A DNA stretch of 63,997 bases, the filler included, from Basidiobolus ranarum (lineage: Eukaryota), in assembly GCA_040143965.1 (NCBI GenBank). It is 3 parts of 3 records of this genome, joined end to end, with 100 filler letters (N's around TTAATTAATTAA, not from the genome) between each part and the next. Parts side by side here need not be neighbours in the genome. Positions count along the whole stretch, not along the records: positions 42,960 to 63,997 come from JASJQH010007090.1; 2 more parts are not named here. One strand, given 5' to 3'. Under the pieces are notes generated by a model. It ran no database searches and was not told where the DNA came from. It saw only the letters and a list, made by a program, of their open reading frames with translations. Below are positions 63,691 to 63,997 of the stretch, in pieces; within the stretch, counting starts at the first letter, position 1, and each line of letters opens with the position of its first letter. A program made the position numbers and the translations under genes.

Positions 63691-63997
63691 AGATAAAGAA
63701 GCCTTTATGTGGAGAACATATTATTTATTTATCTACAATTAGATTGGGCTTCCATCATTAATATTTACCTCAACTAGGATGAATCATATCGCTCAAAAAA
63801 TATAATGTATAGCAAGCAAATATCCATCAACCTTTAGTACCCTAGTATTGTTAGAATGGTAAATGGAACTAGAGGAAATAGTGGTGATAATTGTCATGAT
63901 TCTGATCTCGGCATACTGATCCACTGCATATGGAACTCTTCTATTATTAGATTATGACATCATATCTACTGTGCCATCCCTTCTCGGCAATCTGGTG

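Overview
Eukaryotic, intron-rich (mostly 55-130 nt introns), gene-dense DNA. It is most consistent with an early-diverging fungus: it has an alpha-aminoadipate-pathway homocitrate synthase, kinesin-13, U12 introns and a bacterial-type CBM5/12. A Basidiobolus-like zoopagomycete is a guess, not shown. Protein genes in order: the 3' ~9.7 kb of a giant protein made of tandem ASH/Ig-like modules; C8orf76-like TPR protein; PY-motif membrane protein; ZNF706-like; AHC1-like; RING-TRAF protein with two unusual Cys-rich repeats; AA11-like LPMO-CBM5/12; heme-thiolate peroxygenase; CDF metal transporter; ORC5; U1A/U2B''; two RapGAP paralogs flanking homocitrate synthase; orphan multi-TM protein; CP-motif truncated haemoglobin; WDR81-like BEACH gene cut by a gap; kinesin-13; GPI protein; LSM5; two amino-acid transporters plus a decayed third; Con-6-like; MBL-fold hydrolase. 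The ORF track misses several features. The main one is a non-coding RNA locus at 28.87-29.82 kb: RNase MRP RNA, then two introns each carrying an snR47/SNORD36 snoRNA, a possible third C/D RNA and a 46-nt mini-tRNA-like fold. It also misses two U12-type introns (AT-AC in ORC5, GT-AG in LSM5), a 56-aa secreted six-cysteine peptide and two solo LTRs (one with a perfect 5-bp TSD). There are two 100-nt scaffold gaps. All family calls come from motif recognition by eye; no searches were run.
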